Origin: Octopus sinensis
Taxonomy: Eukaryota
DNA: 64,000 nt
Reading direction: 5' to 3'
Assembly: GCF_006345805.1 (NCBI RefSeq)
Contig: NC_043004.1
Coordinates: 7,502,001-7,566,000, forward strand
This document shows, in pieces, positions 50,950 to 63,670 of the stretch; position 1 is the stretch's first letter, and the number at the start of each line of letters is the position of its first letter. Both the position numbers and the translations under genes were made by a program. Under the pieces are notes generated by a model. The model was not told the origin of the DNA. It made no database searches and saw only the letters and a program-made list of their open reading frames with translations.

Positions 50950-51880
50950 AACAATATTCCAACAAAAATTCTGAAGGAAGGTGATTACATATGCACAAGA
51001 ACTTATTGTTGCATAACATAGACTCTGAAATATCTACCTCCCTACTGGAAGGATGTAGATGTCTTCACCGTCTTCAAAAGCATGGGAAGCACATCTGTTT
51101 GCTCTAGCAGACTTCTGCTTTCTTTTAGGAAAGGTCTTGACTATAAAGTCTTAATTACAAAACTCTTTTAATCCATATCAGAAGACATCACAGCTGAGTC
51201 AAGAGATTGTTTTTACAAAGATTGAAGTATAGCTGACATGTTCTTCATTACTCAGCACTAAATTCCAGAGAAACGCAGAGAGCAACATCAAGACCTCTAA
51301 ATTATCTTTGTGGATGTATTGATTCCTGTGGGGGTGTTCTCAAAGTCTGGATGGCCACCCATGTTTGTAATGCTTGAGTTGTTAATGGAGAGATCATTTA
51401 AGAACAGTTTGTTGAGGAGTGTGCTCTTGTAGCTCATACTGCAGACACTTCTACAAGTCATCGCCACAGCAGCTGTTAAAGTTTATAAGCGAATAAGCCT
51501 GACAGAACCATCCAGAAAACTGAGGTGTTCTGCTAACGGCACAGTCTCTCTTCTCCACATTCTCAGTACGAGTGCAACAACAAACCGCATCCTCTCAGTT
51601 TAGCGGCGGCATTATCTTCAACATCTCTACACTGGATGAGGAGATTGGAAACTGCTCCTGGCGGGCTTCTGTACTCTTTGGAGAGTTCAGAAAGAAAGAG
51701 TTTCTAGATACCAAACCGAATTCCTTGTTTCCAATTTACTGATTGGGTGTGAGACATAGTAGACACATCCAACTCCAGATAACAAGTTAACAAATAAAAT
51801 AAGGGCTGTTTAGGCAGCACCAGAGTCCTGGTGTTGAGAGTGCATTCACTCTCCGTCAGTCTCCGCACTGAGCATTCGGT
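50950..51880 (+). mobile_element. Degraded RTE LINE reverse-transcriptase remnant
   Basis: Broken frames read DMFFITQH*IPEKRREQHQDL*IIFVD and (LF)EECALVAHTAD...IQKTEV, typical RTE RT motifs. Confidence 0.7.
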
Positions 51881-54365
51881 TGTCCAAGAATTTGGATTTG
51901 TTTTTATGAAATTTATGCTTAAGTAGTTGAGTAATACCTTGTACCCTGAAAGCAATTCTTAGAGTGAATTAGGACAGCATGTGTGGCCTTTAATGTACGA
52001 GTACGCAAAAAAGAGCAAAGAATCAACCCCAGTGTTTGACTGGATTTATTGATGTGCAAAGGATGAAAGGCAAAAGATGATCCAGTCAGAGTTTGAAAGA
52101 AGAGAGTGAATGAGAAAGGAAAGAAACTTGGTGGACGCCTCAAGCCTCACCTAAAACACAAGTTGTGTTCATGAGGAAGAATGAACTTAGCTTTATGATG
52201 AAAGGAGTCTGTATAAAAGACTTGAGATTTTTTTGATTTTGATTTTGAAACCAAGTACTCAATGACATAAACAATAGAGCTTATTAGTGTGTGTGTGTGT
52301 GTGTGTAAACATTCAGATAACACATTTATACTCATAACTAAATACGTGTGACGTTTATCTTCTTCCTTCTGGTTAATTCTTTCAGATGAAATGAGTCCTT
52401 ATCTTAAATCTGTCTTTCGAATAGACTTGTAACTAGCGCCACATTGGAAAGGTTGGTGATGCAGGTTGTTGTTTTGGTCGTCCACGAAATGTATCAGGCT
52501 TTGTAGAGCGCAACTTATCCTATAAAACTGCCTTTGCCTTGTGCCACCAGATACCAACTGGAATTATTTCAAGGGGAAGATCACTCTGCCAACAATGAAT
52601 TAGCCCAATGGAGGGGCGGGGGACTCTTGTGTCACCACACACAATGCTACCATTGAAAGTGAGGGACACACTTGATAAAGATTAGAGCTTTTAGCCATAG
52701 ATTTGCTCAATCAGGCTTAAAGAACATGAATTACCATTAACACTTAATTAATGGGAACTAATTCTTTGGATTTGCTTGTAACACATTCGTGGCAATAATA
52801 TTTGCTTGTATTTTTTATGCAACTGATAAAACCCACCAGTGAACAATCGGATGAGAAAGCTTATATCTGATCACTCCATCCTTCAGATCCCACTTCACCA
52901 TCTTAAAGAAGAAAAGACATTTTGGTTAAAGTAGTCCTAGGGTCTCAGCTAGGACACCTTGTGGTCATATTTTTATGTGACCAGAATTGACCAGAAACTA
53001 AACAAAGACAACAAACAAGTTTGAAATAAAACCTTCAAAAGGTGAAGATTTCTGTTCCTCAAAATTTTGTTTTGTCCCCTTTCAAGCCCAAATCTTGAAA
53101 TTGCAAAGCAGACATCTTAACCATGGTTTTACAATTAAGATATTTGGTTTATAATTACATCGTTTTGGATTCAGTTCCATTGTGTGTTATCTTTAACCAC
53201 AGCCTCAATTCAACAGCAAAACCTTGTGAACCAAATTTGGTATCGGAAGGTTCATTTCTGTTGTAGACTTCATCCATCGGTCAGTTTAATATTTAGGTTT
53301 CCTTTGACCAGTTTCGGTGATTTTGAAAAAAAGATTATGGGTTCATCCTTTTCTCCTGATAAAGTCAATTATTGATTTTAACTTTAGTTTTTAAATTTAT
53401 TTAAAAGCAAAAAGACAAATAATATTTTACTAGAAACGATGTTTAATAATATAATTTAATTAAATTTTTATTAAAATATGTTAAAGATTGAACATGAATA
53501 TTATAAAGTCTGATTCATTGTTGTGTAATCAAAGTGATTTTTCTCTGAACTAATTGGCAGCCAAGAGGAACCAAAATAAGTGCAGAACCTAGAAATCCTT
53601 TTGTTGCTGTCTGTCTTTTAGTTCTTCCTTAAACCTTGTTCAATTGCTGTACATGTCACTTTCTCGTAAGAAAACCTCGTCCTTTGCATCGGAACTTTCC
53701 ATATTTTTTTTCAAATTCCATTTAGTGATTCCGTTGATTAGTCCCACCTCTTCTCTCTCTCTCTCTCTCATTCACACACACACACAGTTGCATTCACTGA
53801 CATTTTGTTTCATTGGTTTCTTTAGCATTTACCTGCTTTCGCTAGGTGCTTACTGGCTCAATTACTGTTTCCACTTGGTGAAAAATCAATGACCTACCTC
53901 TAAGTCACCCTCTTCAGGAATTCACCATCCTTTCCAGCGATAGGGACAAAGTCTCAGGGGAAGGAAATAGACTGATCCCTGGTTATCCTGTCTCAAGATA
54001 ATCAGGAGAGAAGAACAAATCCTGGCTCTTGTCTGTCACTCAGTTCCCGTGACACAAGATAAACCCAGGATTTTACAAGCATGAAACTTTCACATTCGGA
54101 TTTTATCATGAGTTAAGTCATTGATCGTTGAATTAAATATAGGAATAATTATAGAATACGAATAAAGTTCGTAACTTGATTTTGAACAACTAAGAATTCA
54201 TCTAGTCTATAAGAATCTTTGTGGACTGCCTTGATCCCAGTACACAACATGGCTGTTTAATATTGCAACCTCAGACATATGAAAGGCAAAACAACCTCAG
54301 TGCTATTTGAACTCAAAACATGGAGCTATGTAACTAATTGCTTCTGGTTACTTACTTTAACATTA

Positions 54366-54650
54366 ATCATCATCATTTAATGTCTATTTTCCATGCTGAC
54401 CTAGGTTGGACGGTTTGACTGAGGACTGGCAAGCCAGGAGGCTGCACCAGGCCCCAATCTGATCTGGCAATATTTCTGCAGCTGGATGCCCTTCCTAACG
54501 CCAACTACTCCAAGAGTGTAGTGTGTGTTTTTTACGTGTCGCTGGTACGGGGGCCAGTCTGGTGTCACTAGCATTGACCTATGCTCGAATAGTGCTTTTT
54601 ACGTACCACCAACACAGGGAGCCAGTCAGGGGGCCCTGTCATTGGCCACA
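54366..54650 (-). mobile_element. Family A retroposon
   Basis: Same motifs. Confidence 0.82.
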
Positions 54651-55208
54651 ACTTTCTATTAATATCAACGTTGTCGCAGATTTTTGTAGTCAGCTGGGGG
54701 TTATCAGTTGAATGAATTCCTGTGTCCAGCTGAGACTCACTTTGTGAAGCTTAGAGATAAAAGCAACGGAAGCAGTCTTTGAGTCAAGAGAACACAAAGA
54801 AATCAAACTAAACACCATAAAACATTTCCTTGCTACTCTTCCATTGCAGCACTCAACTACCTTTCTGTCAGTAATAAATCCTTTGAACCATTCTTGTGTT
54901 ATTGATTCCTCATTAGTTACTGATATGAGTGTTTATCCCAGCTGATGTAGTTTCGCATCCTATATTTTGTCAGGTGATTTCCTTATCGTTATGATTTGTT
55001 ATATTTTCTAAAACTTTTATGCGTTTTATTTTTCTCATTCTGCTCCAAGTTTTGTAAATTTAGATATTTGTAAGAATTGTTAAAAATTTGTATTACTGTT
55101 GGCCACTCTTCATAACATAAATAAACTCACTGTTCTATATTTAAGAGATGAGGAATTACGCACATTATTTACATTCAAAGGATATTTGTCCTCATCTTGT
55201 TTGTTGTT

Positions 55209-55254
55209 AACATAACGTTTTGGCTGATATACCCTCCAGCCTTCATCAGGTGTC
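55209..55254 (-). ncRNA. Hammerhead motif copy, GAAA box mutated to AAAA
   Basis: Reverse complement reads GACAC CTGATGA A GGCTG...CAGCC AAAA CGTT ATGTT. Confidence 0.5.
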
Positions 55255-55398
55255 TTGGGGAAATTTCGAACCTGGGTTCTCATTCCTAAGGTATTTTTTG
55301 ATGTTGTTATTATTATTATTCAGGTCACTGTCTGAAATCGAACTCGGAGTCTTGGGGTTAGTAGCCCGCACTCTTAACCACTAGGCCATATGCCTGTG

Positions 55399-55444
55399 GA
55401 CACCTGATGAAGGCTGGAGGGTATATCAGCTGAAACGTTGTGTT
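55399..55444 (+). ncRNA. Minimal type-I hammerhead ribozyme motif, best-preserved copy
   Basis: GACAC CTGATGA A GGCTG gagggtatat CAGCT GAAA CGTT GTGTT: both core boxes intact, stem II 4 WC + G-U, stem I 5 bp, palindromic AACGTT. Confidence 0.75.
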
Positions 55445-55668
55445 AACAACAAATAAGATGAGGACAAATATCCATCAAATGTAAATAATATAAATAAACT
55501 CAGTTGTTGATAAATTTGTTGCATGTAGTCTAATTATTCAAATTTCAGAACCATATCAACTGTGTTAAAACATAAGAAGTCGATGTAAAAAATAGAAAAC
55601 AAGAATTAATCTATCTCAGCTAAATTACTACTAAAATTATAATTATCAATTATAATCTCTCTGTTCGT

Positions 55669-56370
55669 TTAACATGTTGACTGCCAACAACGAGTTATCT
55701 CGTAGTTGGCAATCTATACATTTTTACCAGGTACGAGCATACTCGTAGAAGTCTATTTTATTGTAGCATGCTTAAAATGAACTGACGTCTGGAACTAACA
55801 TTGTGAGTGTGTTGTGGAAACACTAAAGACACCTTTTATTTGCTCAATGATACGAGTTAAATCGTATCATGGCACCAGCCAGGAAATATATTTGGTAAAA
55901 CCTCTATATATAGCAGGTATAAGTATTGGATGTCGATGCAGTTGGTGCCAGGGAACTGCGTTGTCTCTTACGACCTCGAGCAATCAATTGTTCATCTTTG
56001 TCAGTAGAACTGGTGTCACTGGTATTTACTTCCACTGGCATTTGCTACATAATTTCTTATCCAAAGCATCTGAGGATTCACTCTCTGACTCCAAGATATC
56101 ATCTTCCGGTAGTTCATTTTCCATGAGTACATGAAGCATTCCAGCAATGTCTTCATTGGAAAAGGTTTTGGGTATCTTATATATTACAAGTCAAAATGTA
56201 TAAAAGTTCTTTATAAATCTGAAAAAAAATAAAGAAAACATTATACAATGAAGAGACAAAGTCAAATAATGAATAACATCCGCTCAAAGCCTTCCTAGCA
56301 AACCAATCTGAGCATTTTTTCATTGCTATGAGATAACTCGTATCACGTCGTTGTAGTGTAATTACATGTA
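55669..56370 (-). mobile_element. Internally deleted piggyBac-like element
   Basis: TTAACATGTTGACTGCC end; repeated ACGAG-N4-CTCGT palindromes; acidic minus-strand peptide PKTFSNEDIAGMLHVLMENELPEDDILESESESSD; right end degenerate. Confidence 0.55.
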
Positions 56371-57002
56371 TGATGTACCTGTATACCACCACACAAAATA
56401 TTTCAGATTTCTGATTTGAGAAAGTTAATAAAACCCTTTTGGCAAATAGAAGCAGATCATATCGATATCCTGTGTTAAACAATGTAAATAAATATTCCTT
56501 TTGTTAAAATAATGGATTAAGTGTCTTACCCTGAAAACGTATTATGTATTGAGGAAATGATCTGTAAACTTAATAAACTCTTTCCTCACCATCATCACCA
56601 TTGTTTTCATCAATTATATTCAGAAAAATAGCATCTTTATGTGAAGCAATAAGCTAAGTGTTAGCTTTTTAATGATCCTTCCATGTTAACTAACAATAAT
56701 GTTCTTACTTCACTGAATAATTATTTTGGGTTAATTTAAATGCATTAAATTAACTATATTTTAATATCTATAGTATTGTGATTAAACTAACAACTGTAGT
56801 ATTTTTATTCTTGGAACATACTCTGTTGATTATCATCATCATCGTTTAACGTCCGCTTTCCATGCTAGCATGGGTTGTATGATTTGGCTGAGGTTTGGCG
56901 AACCAGACTCATATATACATATATATATATATATATAATCATTTCACTTCTCTGTTCTGTGGTAGCCATACAGCTACATCTGCATTTTAGTAGCTGCAAA
57001 GT

Positions 57003-57360
57003 GGAGGCACAATGGCCCAGTGGTTAGGGCAGTGGACACGCAGTCGTAGAATTGTGGTTTCAATTCCCAGACCGGGCGTTGTGGGTGTTTATTGAGCGAA
57101 AACACCTAAAGCTCTTCAAGGCTCCAGCAGGGAGTGGTGGCGAGCCCTGCTGTACTCTTTCACCACAACTTTCTCTCACTCTTTCTTCCTGTTTCTGTTG
57201 TACCCGTATTTCAAAGAGGCTAGCCTTGTCGCACTCTGTGTCACACTGAATCTCCCCAAGAACTACACTAAGGGTACACATGTCTGTGGAGTGCTCAGCC
57301 ACTTGCACGTTAATAAATGAGCAGGAGGCTGTTCCGTTGATCGTAACCAATGGAGTGCCA
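57003..57360 (+). mobile_element. tRNA-headed SINE, family D
   Basis: ggaggcacaatggcccagtggttaggg head, ggtttcaattccc B box. Confidence 0.85.
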
Positions 57361-57843
57361 CGACCAGTAGCAGCAAAGTCAGCTGTCAGATGGTGTGAGA
57401 ACAAAATTTAAAACCATTTTATTGATAATATTAAGCTTCCATTTGATAATTAGTAATGACTTTTACGGACCATTTATCGAGTTTTGGTTTCAGTGAACAA
57501 GAATTTTCCTTTTCTATAAGCTGCCAATCTTATGATAGTTAAACATTAATAAAATCTTTGGTACCATTAAATCTCCTTCTGGATAGGGTAACAGTCTGGC
57601 CGTCTCCGTTTTATATCTACTTTCTGTGCTAGGAATGGATGGATAATTTATTACAAGTAACCATCAGGTCATGTGGTTTGCAACATGGTTTTTATTGTAA
57701 CTTTTTAGGAAAATAAAATTAATTTTGATTGTATATGATAGATCACTCAATTTTTCAACTTTATTTATTGGCTTGTGTTTGTGTCTCTGACAAACACGTG
57801 AGTTATGTATCATTGAGATTTTTTTTCTTCTTCCATATTGCAG

Positions 57844-57962
57844 CTTGTTCAATGTCAGAATTTACAAGAACAAATGAAGACCTGTTTCAAACAGTTGATG
57901 GAGTAAACACAGCCATGACCAATTTAATCAACCGTGTTGCACCACCCCAGGCAGCAATATAA
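57844..57962 (+). CDS. Dystrophin-family terminal coding exon (ACSMSEFTRTNEDLFQTVDGVNTAMTNLINRVAPPQAAI*)
   Basis: ttgcag acceptor, phase 1 matches previous donor; DLF...V..AM..L resembles the dystrophin/dystrobrevin C-terminal helix; TAA at 57960-57962. Confidence 0.85.
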
Positions 57963-58134
57963 AAAGAAAACTTCCATCGTGAGATGCAGGATAAAGCAGT
58001 CGGAGAATGGAGGAGAGGAAATCATCGAAGCTGTTGGAATTTCTTTTAATACTTTGTTTTCTAAATGGATTTCTTTATGATTGAATCAGTTCCAATTATT
58101 CTGTGTTGTCTGCTATGTTCTCATTATTGTAAAG

Positions 58135-58325
58135 AGGGTGGCAAGCTGGCAAAATCGTTTGCACATCAGACAAAATTCTTTGTGGCATTTTAAATCCCAC
58201 TGAGGCCAACTTTGCTTGTCATCCTTTCAGATTCTATGAAAAAGGTACAAAAAAAGTACCAGTTAAGTACTGGGCTTGGTGTACTTGACTTGCCCCTCCC
58301 CTCAAAAATTACTAGCCTTGTGCCA
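58135..58325 (+). mobile_element. SINE family C, diverged, downstream of the stop codon
   Basis: gggtggcaagctggcaaaatcgtt head and gtaccagtt...ctggg core. Confidence 0.65.
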
Positions 58326-61300
58326 GTTGATAAGTGCATCTTATAATTATTGTACATTCAAGTTTTTATTAAACACCAATTGTACACCCAAAAGAAAAAG
58401 ATTATTTAACAAACAGCCCTGAAACCCTTAATTCAGGTAAATCAGTGGATAACAGCTGTTCACATATTTTTAAAAACATAAATTGTAGCCTAAAAGTTTC
58501 ATTTCAACACAAAATCTCTCTTTTCCAATCTAACCTTGATTTGCTCAGTGAATTCTATTCATAAAATGGTTTTTTGTTGTTTTTTATCTGGTTAGACAAT
58601 CAACCAATCAGTTTAGATTATTTGTTGTTGATGTGGTCACATGACTAGTTAAAGCCCTTCCTTTGGCATCTCTATGAAAGAGATTTGTCTCCATTGTCAG
58701 ATTTCAGTAAGCAAGAATGAGCATTGAAGAAGTCTCTCTTTTTGACACATCTTAGACACATGAACATTTTGTAAATTCACACCAAAATCTCAACAGTTTC
58801 ATTCTTTCAATTGTAAGCATTTCATTACAATATTGTTTTATGTTTTTGCATCTTTCAGACACATTTTAAGAACCATTTTGTACAAGATTTTCTGAAAGGA
58901 ATCTTTTCGCATATGTTTGGATTAACAGGTCAATCATTTATATGTTCATCAGCAGATTAGATATTGGTAGATTAGAGATGGTCCAAGTCAATGGATTACC
59001 AAATAATTGGGAGGTTGACAGTTTATATTCTTTCAGGATTAAGAGAGAGAGATTTAACTCTCAGACAGCAAAGTCCACCTGGCCATGAATAGGTATCACA
59101 ATTAATAACAAGTTCTAAAGAGCCCTGTCAAATGAACAGGTGCTCCTTTTTAGCTTCAACAGCGTTGAGGTAAATCCTGCTGTGAGTCCAGCCAAACAAG
59201 GGGGCTGTCTTCATAACTAAATAGGTTACAGGACTTTCCATTTTTGTAGACTAATGTCAAGGCTGGTTAAATTAATGTCTCAGTAGAGATAGTAGTTAGA
59301 AGTTTAATAATTCGTGACCAGTACAGGTGGCCTACACCATCTGTAAACAATTACAAGGAACTTCAGTTACTACTAAAAACAAAATGTGGGAGCACTGTAT
59401 ATTTCATGAGTGTTTCATTTGCTTTCAATTGTTAGTTCTTATCTCCTCTTGTTTATAACTTAGAAAGGTCTGAGTTCTGTAAAACTAATGGCCCCCTTGA
59501 ATACAGGATGATGACATCTTCCCTGGCATCCAATCAACCAATAAGACTTGACCACAAGATCTATAATCAATATCTATATTTTCTGATGGGATGTTTGTAC
59601 TGTCAAATCAAACCCTTTTGTTGGCCCTTTTTCCTTTTCTTTTCTATTTCCAGAATCCACCGGGTTTGTTTTCGTCAAGTAGTCTGGTTAGGTTTTAACT
59701 TCCAAATTTATATTTGAAAAGTCATCAATGAAAATGCCTCTGTATTCAAATACCATTCCAGTCTATTTGTTTACGTGTGAGGCCCAATAAAGCAGGCTAC
59801 AACCATTTCTTCTTATTTGTGGCTGAAAGACAAAAAGTTATTTTCAGATTCACTTCAAAAGTGAACAAAGGAAGATTTCCTTATTTTAATTTCCTTTGTT
59901 GTTTTGACTCCAGTCAACTCTGATTGGACTCTCATGAAAGCCATTCCACTTACATCCATCTCATCCTTCTCTCAGGTTTTGCACATCTACATTATCTCTG
60001 TCACTTTCTTTTTCAAGATTTTAGCATATATTTTGCGAGAAAGTTGGCTATTATTTTTAGTAGGTTGAAATGGCTGTTAGTTTGACTTGATTTCATTCTA
60101 CAGAGTCTAACAAAGAAACTTGATGGTTTTTAAATAAATGTACAGAGCTTGTTTATAAACCGTTTAAGACAGAGCTTTTATTTCGTTTTGAAAATGTCAT
60201 TCAAATGCTTTCCTTTGTTTCGCACACATGCTTCTAGCCTGACCTGGAACTTTTGCATTTTGCATCAAGCCATGTTCTTTGGAAATGGCAGCTTTCAGTT
60301 CCATCAAGTGTGAACAGTTTGTTGATGGACATCGTCTTGTAGGAATAGCTGCAAATAATCCCAAACCAAAAGATTAGGCAGTTGAGCCAGCCATGGCACC
60401 TCATTGCACTGACAACATTCCTGTAATAATGTACATGGAAGCTTTGTGTGGGTGGTCACTGACTTACCTGCCCACCCTTCTCTCAGTATGTTGTGTATTA
60501 ATGCCAAGTCTGTTCAGTTCTAGAAGGAAGACACCTAACATGGAATTACCACATGGAAGTTTACTATGCAACACCACACACTTCATATTAACAATTAAGG
60601 AATTCTCACAAAACTGTGGATTGTTGTCTGACTTGGCACAAGTTTTGCCAATTTCTATAACTAGACACAGAAATGCACTTTGTCAACGCTTGCCATCTAT
60701 TGTCTGCTTTTTCTGGTTTTCCCAATCTTACTATTTTATTTCTTGCAACAGACATATTCTTATCAGGACAAACATTTTAATGAATGTGCAATAAATTTCA
60801 CACAACATTCTGAAAGACTTAACAATGCCATGCTTTGATGCAGAACTATAACGACTTATTCATTACGGCCCATTTAATGGCCTTGCTATTCCTTAGGGTC
60901 AGGCAATGCTCAATTGGTCAACCTAAACTTTTCTCCTCATAATGACATCAAATTTCAACTGACCATTTTTCCATGAGATCCTACATCAAAAATACAAACA
61001 GAATTTTCGCTGTGTTTAAGTAACCAAGTTACCACATAATAAAAATTTAAAAACCCGTCATCACAAAATCACAATGGTGCACATTCCACTGCATCACAGC
61101 TACTGAAATATCATCCTGCCTTTGTGTTGCTCAGCATCATCAACTATGTGACCACCCCGTCCTCTTAAAAACCTTCATCTTTCCATGCCAGACTCTCTAC
61201 AAATGTGTCTAAGGTTAATCTATTCACAAATATTCTAATAAATGGTTAAATGCGTCCCAGTTGTTACCACTGATTTACAAACTCCAAAGTAAGCAGGGTT

Positions 61301-63439
61301 TAGTTTCAATCCTTGGTGATTACAATAAATAGTCCAGGGGTGTTTGAAATTCATGTTATTTAGCCCTTGGTCAGCAATGGTTAAATAAACCTATGATCAA
61401 TGGTGTTTCAGCTATGACCATCCTGCCTTTTATGCAAATAGTATATCCAGGACTTCATTATTATCTAATTTTTAATGACAGTAAGTAGTGATTTGAGGGA
61501 AGCCTGGCTGCTATTTCTAGCAGGCCAAGCAACCCAGGTGGGGACTCCTGTTAAAAATGGTTGTGAATGTCAAATGTTTTGTTGTTGTTTTTTTTTTTTG
61601 GCCCCTTTTGTGATTTTTTGTAAAACATTACTTTGTTGAACTGGTTTGCTCTTAACTGTGAGTATTTTTATTTTATTCAATTTATTTGTGAAATAAGTGA
61701 GAGTATCATAACATTCGTTTGATATTATTGTGTGGTGTCCAGGCAATTGCCACAGTCCACTGGATTCTGCACTAATTAAAAACATTAGCCATCAGGAAGA
61801 TCTTCAGCTTGCTCACCCTGTGTTGGCATCATCATCATCACAGTGCCGCTCAAAACAATTTAGAATGGACAAACTTCATTTCCGTCAATTATCTTTCGAA
61901 CAGAAGCCATTAAACTTGAACCACCAAAGACACCGTAACCACATTTTCAATTCTAATCTGTGATGGTTAAAACATTTCACATCCAAATATCTCATTGACT
62001 TAAACACCCAGTAAGTCTATGATGCTCCCACTTATTTCCACCACAAATAACTGCTTTTTATGTCGTGTTTAAAATTTGTTGCTGCCATGTTTAAACCTGT
62101 TAATCATTGTTTTTCTCACTTTTATTCAGCTCCCTAATTAACAATTATTAATGAATGCCTAACTTTACCTTCCATATTACTAATTACTTCAGAAAATACC
62201 AAATTTCACAGTTCCGGTGAGAGAACTAAAAATCGCACTTCTTGTATCTTCTCCATTATAATTCATGTTTCTTAAGATCTAATTTGTTGCTCGTTAACTC
62301 TTGCCATAAGTTTTAACATTGCTGATATCTCACCTTAGTTTTATATTTTACCTGATATTTCAACAGCCGACATGGTTTACCATATCCAAACTTTGCAGTT
62401 TATTGAAATGTGGGGCCAATTGAGAAAGTATTGATACATTTTTATAACTTTTTATTACTTGAGACTAACCTAAATCACTAAAACTCATTAACTATATTTC
62501 CTGAGTAAACTGGGTTTTTTTTAAACTCCTCATCAAAAACAGGAGAATCGCTCTGACTATTTTTCTGCAAAAGAAAAAAAAAATATTGTTTGCTCTGAAA
62601 TTTAATTTTTAAATCTTTATTTATTGTTTCTTCTGTTATATTAATTTATTCACTAATGACTTGGAAAAATTAACATAATTTTCTTTTATGTAGATTTAGA
62701 AATTACTTTAGAACCAAGTCCTTCTCTCTCACTGTTTTCCTTTGTCAGCCAAGTACTGCCTTAGAATTTGCCATTGTTCACACAGTGCCTATATATGTTG
62801 ATAGAAATTTGTTGGCCTTCATTTTACACACACAGTCGATAGCTGTTGACAAACATTAAAATTTGACTTTGTCATGCAATTTCTGTAAACCAGAGAATTT
62901 TTTTAAACAGGAAAATAGCTTTTATCTTTGCCTGACTTCAAGTTCAGAACGAAGACTGATTGATGAGAGGAAATCACTAACAAAGGGACCAATTCTCATT
63001 TAATATCTTCTATCATTGTGCCTTTTTCTCTCTTTTTTTTTTTTTTTAATATTTTAAAATATTACCATGACATGAAAAGGTCCAAATTCCGTTTCCCTTT
63101 GCTGCTTGCAATGGAACCTATGACTATTTATTGCTGCTTTTTATTAACCAAGAATGAGTTTGTATCAATTTATATTATTTTGCCCTCATTATTTCTTTTT
63201 AAACTAATAACAACACAACTTGGCTTTTTAGCCATATAACTAACCAAGAGGCCAGCAATTCGTGTTGTCTCTGATATTGCATTGTATCTGGACCAATCTG
63301 TTGTAGAGAGATGTAAATAGGTAGGAGCACTGTATAATTGACAAGTGTTTCAATAGCTTTTTAGCTAAGTTCAACTCTAATAGTTTGGGTCCCATTGGTC
63401 TAGAAATCAGTGAAACTGATCACTCCTAGATGGATACTT

Positions 63440-63670
63440 CTGGTCATCTGTCCATTTTCTCTGCCCACTTTTTCCTGGGAGAGCGATGGTGGTAGAGTCC
63501 TCAGGTGCCTCCTCCCGTCGTTAAACTTTCCGGTTGATTCCCAAGCATAACCGAGATTATGGATATTATCCAGCCATCTCATTCTTGGTCGACCCCTAAG
63601 TCTCCTCCTCCCAGTTGGCTTGGCTTCAAGAATCCACCATGTGATTCTTTCCTCAGACATTCTAACCACA
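63440..63670 (-). mobile_element. RTE-like LINE 3' remnant
   Basis: VRMSEERIT..ILEAKPTGRR..RGRPRMRWLDNI. Confidence 0.75.

Larger units (their letters stand above)
55130..55489. mobile_element. Long minus-strand copy plus short inverted ribozyme-bearing copy of the hammerhead repeat
   Basis: Flanking direct repeat ataaataaactca at 55117-55129 and 55490-55502; right arm starts at the ribozyme stem I. Confidence 0.88.

Noticed and set aside
59900-61200. Possible decayed transposase or neighbouring gene on the minus strand
   Set aside because: Only broken frames without a motif I can name; needs a translated search
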